Below are positions 60,241-64,000 of a stretch of DNA of 64,000 nucleotides, piece by piece. The stretch comes from Clostridia bacterium (GTDB taxonomy: Bacteria > Bacillota > DSM-521 > Neomoorellales > JACIYF01), in contig JACIYF010000003.1 in assembly GCA_014360065.1 (NCBI GenBank), positions 1,567 through 65,566 on the forward strand, given 5' to 3'. Within the stretch, counting starts at the first letter, position 1; each line of letters begins with the position of its first letter. A program made the position numbers and the translations under genes. Below the pieces are notes generated by a model. It was not told the DNA's origin, did not search any database, and saw only the letters and a list, made by a program, of their open reading frames with translations.

Positions 60241-61804
60241 ACTTGTCTCGTATATATCTTACCAGTCCATTGATCATGGTTAGCCGAACCTCAAAATTCG
60301 GCTCCACTATTACTACATCAGCATCCTTGCCTGGTTCCAATGATCCCTTGGCGCCATCGATGCCAAGCCGACGGGCTGGGTTAAGGGATGCCAAATTAAT
60401 AGCTTGGGTTAAAGACATGCCTGTCCACTCCATCATGTTTCTTATAGCCTGGTTTAGTGTAAGTATACTTCCCGCCAAAGGAGCAGTTGGAGAAACTAAC
60501 CTTACGATGCCATCCTTAACTACTACTTGTTGCCCACCCAAGTCATAGTCGCCCTCAGGTAAACCACAGGCGCTCATGGCATCGGTAATTAAGACCAAGC
60601 GATCCAGCCCGGTTCCGCCCTGATTTGCATGTAGAGCAGATCGCCGCTCTCCTAACAAAGCTCCTACCAGCAAGCGAATAACTGCTGGGTGTACATGATG
60701 TCCATCAGCAATTAGCTCCAAAGTGACTTCGGGACAATCGATAGCAGCGCCTGCCGTTCCAGGCTCCCGGTGATGAAAGCCCCGCATGGCGTTAAAAAGG
60801 TGAGTGACATGAGCAACTCCCTTGGCCACAGCAACCTTAAACTGCTCATAAGTGGCTCCTGTATGGCCGGTACTAGCAATGACGTCATAGTCGCGGAGAA
60901 CCTTGAGCAAACTGCTGGCACCCGCAATCTCCGGAGCCAGGGTGACCATCCTGACCAAATTGGAACCACACGCTGTGGGGAAGGGCTTCTGGCTTATTAG
61001 CCTAGCCCCCGCTTTCAAAAGGTCCTCTAATTCACGGGCGTTAGCAGGACGGATCTGGCCTAGCGGCTGCCCACCAGCGTAATCCGGGTTGAGGTACGGC
61101 CCCTCTAAGTGCACCCCCAAGGGATAGGCGCCCGGAGGCAATGTGTCTGACGCTAGTGTGTTCCCGTAGCTCCCCCCGGCAGATTGCCAATTGTGGAACA
61201 CGCTTTGAAGCTTAGCAGCTGTATCAAGGGCGGTTTCCAGGGTCTTCGGGTCAGAAGCTAGGGTAGTAGCTAGGAAAGCAGTAGTCCCAAAGCGCGCCAG
61301 CATCCGGGCTGCCTTCATCCATCCTTCCAACGGGTCAGTAGTAAAGTCGCCGCCTCCGGCCCCATGAACATGCAGGTCGATGAACCCGGGGGCTACCAGG
61401 TGACCCCGGGCATCTAAAACCTCAAGGGTATACGATGTGCTAGTATCGCCACCGGCACTTTTACCGGCGCCCGTGATGGGGCTAGACCCTAGGCCCAACA
61501 CCTGGGCTGGCCCGGACAGGATCAAGCGTTTTTCCAGGTAGGCTAGATCCATCCTGGTTCCTTGTTGGCCCAAGCAGAGCGCTACCAGTTGACCCGGCCT
61601 CTGCAGGGCGTTTTTGGCCAGGAAATGGGCTGCCGTACCCCGGGGGCCAACAGCCTGAATCTTGCCCTTCTGGATGATCAATTCCCCATCGTTAATAATC
61701 CGACCCGGGGCTATCAAGTCGCCACCCAAAATCACGGTTACAACCGAAGACGGTTCCAACCGCCCCACTTCTTGGCTCACTCTTACCCCACCCTGACCTG
61801 GCAT
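60221..61804 (-). CDS. nagA: N-acetylglucosamine-6-phosphate deacetylase with unusually large insertions (527 aa)
   Basis: PGFIDLHVHGAGGGDF, GVHLEGPYLN, VTLAPE, GHTGATY, HLFNAM and LITDAM are present. About 70 extra residues lie between the first beta-strands and the HxH motif. Confidence 0.8.
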   Translation of the reverse strand: MPGQGGVRVSQEVGRLEPSSVVTVILGGDLIAPGRIINDGELIIQKGKIQAVGPRGTAAHFLAKNALQRPGQLVALCLGQQGTRMDLAYLEKRLILSGPAQVLGLGSSPITGAGKSAGGDTSTSYTLEVLDARGHLVAPGFIDLHVHGAGGGDFTTDPLEGWMKAARMLARFGTTAFLATTLASDPKTLETALDTAAKLQSVFHNWQSAGGSYGNTLASDTLPPGAYPLGVHLEGPYLNPDYAGGQPLGQIRPANARELEDLLKAGARLISQKPFPTACGSNLVRMVTLAPEIAGASSLLKVLRDYDVIASTGHTGATYEQFKVAVAKGVAHVTHLFNAMRGFHHREPGTAGAAIDCPEVTLELIADGHHVHPAVIRLLVGALLGERRSALHANQGGTGLDRLVLITDAMSACGLPEGDYDLGGQQVVVKDGIVRLVSPTAPLAGSILTLNQAIRNMMEWTGMSLTQAINLASLNPARRLGIDGAKGSLEPGKDADVVIVEPNFEVRLTMINGLVRYIRDKYSASCT

Positions 61805-62541
61805 AAGCTTGAATTCAGGTGCGAGGCAGCCTCCCGGTCGGCAACCACCGTCACTGCCGGGTGGAGCTGCAATACCGACGCTGGAACCTCCGGCGTAACC
61901 GGCCCCTCCAGGGCCCGCGCTAAGGCCAGAGCTTTTTCTGCACCAGAAGCCAGCAAAAGAATCTCTTTCGCCCTCATGATGGTCTTAATCCCCATGGTAA
62001 TGGACTGACGCGGAACCCTCAAAGGCAAAAAGGGTTGAGAATTGATTTCCACCGTCTCCCGATCCAGATCGACCACCCGGGTACGGGATTCCAACGGGGC
62101 CCCGGGCTCGTTGAAACCAATATGCCCGTTGCGCCCAAGGCCCAGGATCTGGAGGTCAATTCCCCCGGCTTTCTCAATCTCCTTCTCATAGTCAGCGGCA
62201 ACCTGTTCCGCATCTTGGGGATTTAGCTGGCTGGGCAGCAGGTGGATACGCCTGGGGTCAATGTTGGTTTTGCCAAACAAGTGTTCCTGCATGAAATAAC
62301 GGAAGCTGCGCGGGTCTTGGGGATTCAAGCCAACATACTCATCCAGGTTAAAGGTAGTGACTTCAGCCATGTCCAAAAGCCCTCTACGGTACAGCTCTAC
62401 CACCTCGCGGTAAAGGCCCACCATGGTGGTTCCGGTTGCTAGTCCCAGCACCAAGTCGGGCTTACGGCGTATGCGATCGGCAACAATGCTTGCCCCCTGA
62501 CGACTCATATCATCGTAATCCCAGGTTACTATTACCCTCAT
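61783..62541 (-). CDS. nagB: Glucosamine-6-phosphate deaminase
   Basis: GGGAAGGGG lies before ATG 62541 (MRVIVT...). LGLATGTTMVGLY, FNLDEYVGL and LGLGRNGHIGFNEPG are present. Length is 252 aa. Confidence 0.9.
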   Translation of the reverse strand: MRVIVTWDYDDMSRQGASIVADRIRRKPDLVLGLATGTTMVGLYREVVELYRRGLLDMAEVTTFNLDEYVGLNPQDPRSFRYFMQEHLFGKTNIDPRRIHLLPSQLNPQDAEQVAADYEKEIEKAGGIDLQILGLGRNGHIGFNEPGAPLESRTRVVDLDRETVEINSQPFLPLRVPRQSITMGIKTIMRAKEILLLASGAEKALALARALEGPVTPEVPASVLQLHPAVTVVADREAASHLNSSLCQVRVG

Positions 62542-62620
62542 GACGACCCCTTCCCGATCAAGATTCACCAAAGCTAGCCCTGCCAACAGCTCGCCCACCA
62601 TCAGCGCCTTTATCATCGAT

Positions 62621-63421
62621 TCAGAAGAAAAATGCAGGTGAAGGGCTGAAAATGTCTGCCAGCCGCCGGCAAGCCATGAAAGCCTGCGCCGCCCGGCACC
62701 CGGCCTCAAGACCTCGCACCCTAACCATAGCCTCATAATAGCTTTGATAGGGAATGCCCTGGTGCGGGCGAGGTCCACCACCTACCGCATCAAGGCGGAA
62801 AAGTTCGTATTTCTTTAGAGCAGCCAGCCATATATCCACATACCCGGAGACATCAATGTAGACCCCAGGGTTAAAGCCGTTCAGGTCCTCGCAATTCTCG
62901 CCGAATAGCACCTCGCCCACCCGCCAGGGCCGGCTACCGCCTGGGTCATATGCGGGATCCGCAGCCAGCTTTACCCCCTTGAGCACCGATTGGTGAGTGG
63001 CAACGTGGCGGGGATGCCAGCTGCCCAGCCAGTGAGTGACTATGCCGTCAGGCCTTTCTGTCCGGATGAGATCAGCTATGGTTTTCCCGAGAGTATCGCT
63101 CCCCGGCAAAGCTCCCGCCGCAAATCCCAGCCAAATGCAGCCGGCCCCCAGCTCTTGGGCCGCCAACTTCATTTCTTCCTCCAGCTGGGCCGCAAATACT
63201 TCCGGAGGTTTAGAAGGATGTCCTCTCTCCCCCCGGGTAAGGTGGACCATGGTGACCCGGTGGCCCTGAGAAGCGTACCTGGCCGCCACTGCTCCTGCCA
63301 TGCACTCGGCATCCATGGCGTGAGCGCCAATAACCATCAAGTGCCTTTTGTCCGTCGCTACCGCCCCCTCCAAAAACCAGTTGTTTTCTAACCGGACCGC
63401 CGGTTCCTCGCTCACCCACAA
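62621..63421 (-). CDS. PIG-L/LmbE-family N-acetylglucosaminyl deacetylase
   Basis: LMVIGAHAMDAECMAGAVAA...GHRVTMVHLTRGERG and HP.H.. motifs are present. Confidence 0.8.
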   Translation of the reverse strand: MWVSEEPAVRLENNWFLEGAVATDKRHLMVIGAHAMDAECMAGAVAARYASQGHRVTMVHLTRGERGHPSKPPEVFAAQLEEEMKLAAQELGAGCIWLGFAAGALPGSDTLGKTIADLIRTERPDGIVTHWLGSWHPRHVATHQSVLKGVKLAADPAYDPGGSRPWRVGEVLFGENCEDLNGFNPGVYIDVSGYVDIWLAALKKYELFRLDAVGGGPRPHQGIPYQSYYEAMVRVRGLEAGCRAAQAFMACRRLADIFSPSPAFFF

Positions 63422-63484
63422 GCCCTAGGCTCACCACAACTCGGCAACGTTTTTGTTACAGGAGCTTCCTGCTTCAAGCACACC

Positions 63485-64000
63485 TTATTCCTTACGTGTG
63501 CCCGTAGGAACGCCATTAGAGGTACTGCCGCGCCAGGGAAAGGTGATCCTGCCCAGCAGCGCTGGGTGTCTAGCGCCACTAGTGCGAGGCACATTGGCCG
63601 GAAGACCCTGGATGGTCTCATCAGCAAGGATGGTCCAAGTCATAGCCTCCCTGGCTTCGTTGGGTATGCCGAAGTCCTCATGGGTTTTGACCGCAGCCGG
63701 AGCCAGACACTTTCGCACAAAGGCAAGGAGAGTCTTATTCTTGGTACCCCCGCCACCCAGGATTACTTCATCCACCTGCCCCCGCGGGTACAGGAACCGC
63801 CTGTAGTGATAAGCCATGCATTCCGCTGTATAGGCAGTTACGGTAGCAACGATGTCAGCCGAATTAAGGCCAAGCTCTTGACTCTTGACCATAACTTGGT
63901 CAACGAACTCTTCCCCAAAGTCTTCCCGACCGGTAGTCTTGGGCAGGGGGCGCTCAAGGTAAGGATGCCTGAGCAATTGCTCCAGCAGTTCTCGGTTGAC
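63485..64000 (-). CDS. anmK: Anhydro-N-acetylmuramic acid kinase, C-terminal part (gene continues beyond the window)
   Basis: LPKTTGREDFG, VILGGGGTKN, THEDFGIPNEAREAMTWTILA and the frame open to nt 64000 (..VNRELLEQLLRHPYL) support the call. Confidence 0.8.
   Translation of the reverse strand, partial: VNRELLEQLLRHPYLERPLPKTTGREDFGEEFVDQVMVKSQELGLNSADIVATVTAYTAECMAYHYRRFLYPRGQVDEVILGGGGTKNKTLLAFVRKCLAPAAVKTHEDFGIPNEAREAMTWTILADETIQGLPANVPRTSGARHPALLGRITFPWRGSTSNGVPTGTRKE

Noticed and set aside
1-64000. Many long ORFs antisense to or overlapping the called genes, e.g. 3876..4397(-), 28851..29441(+), 36797..37381(-), 40519..40983(+), 58833..59306(-) and 26876..27178(+)
   Set aside because: They are typical shadow ORFs of GC-rich coding DNA. 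Their translations are Arg/Pro/Ala/Gly-rich and low in complexity, they lack an RBS, and each overlaps a gene with clear family motifs.
1-64000. CRISPR arrays, rRNA/tRNA genes, IS elements/transposases, integrases, prophage genes
   Set aside because: I saw no regularly spaced direct repeats, no tRNA-like cloverleaf candidates, and no transposase, integrase or phage structural motifs in any ORF. The only decay or mobility traces are the PIN relic and the orphan RHH gene.

Overview
This is a 64-kb chromosomal segment from a GC-rich, Gram-positive-type anaerobe. Supporting signs are strong GGAGG ribosome-binding sites (RBS), SLH and LysM wall proteins, HPF and a cold-shock protein, a GlpP antiterminator, and anaerobic GlpABC. 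It is probably a Clostridia-like Firmicute, but that cannot be proven from the sequence alone. I saw no rRNA, tRNA, CRISPR array or intact mobile element. Gene density is high and many genes overlap by 1-22 nt.

Main blocks:
- (1) 1-4.5 kb: UbiD-family decarboxylase, a frameshifted DASS permease, a Crp-like regulator, a UbiX C-terminal remnant, and Fni.
- (2) 4.7-7.6 kb: a TPP-riboswitch-controlled PurM-like/ThiN fusion, with a ThiS/MoaD-like protein ending in GG downstream.
- (3) 8-13.4 kb: DUF763, DUF5317 plus HD-GYP, HPF, and Csp.
- (4) 13.6-20 kb: an operon of two paralogous repeat proteins and two giant GT2-TPR glycosyltransferases.
- (5) 20-24 kb: an orphan substrate-binding protein preceded by DnaA boxes, an ABC-2 exporter, and a hemerythrin.
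- (6) 24.3-35.9 kb: a glycerol regulon. glpP, a fused glpA-glpB and glpC run divergently from a divergent glycyl-radical enzyme, its activase, a PNPOx-like protein and glpK. The region carries repeated structured leaders.
- (7) 36-46 kb: cell-envelope genes, plus a P-type ATPase behind a yybP-ykoY (Mn) riboswitch.
- (8) 46.4-51.8 kb: an orphan RHH antitoxin, an MFS transporter, an ATP-grasp enzyme and an acyl-CoA dehydrogenase.
- (9) 52.3-59.8 kb: a soluble PocR-domain histidine kinase with an AraC-type response regulator. It is divergent from a six-gene operon encoding two PNPOx-like proteins, a 590-aa orphan, a ferredoxin, DUF2267 and a stand-alone LarC-C-terminal-like protein. This is my best candidate for an undescribed system.
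- (10) 59.8-64 kb: a PIN pseudogene, then nagA, nagB, a PIG-L deacetylase and anmK.

All family calls rest on motif recognition by eye. No searches were run.
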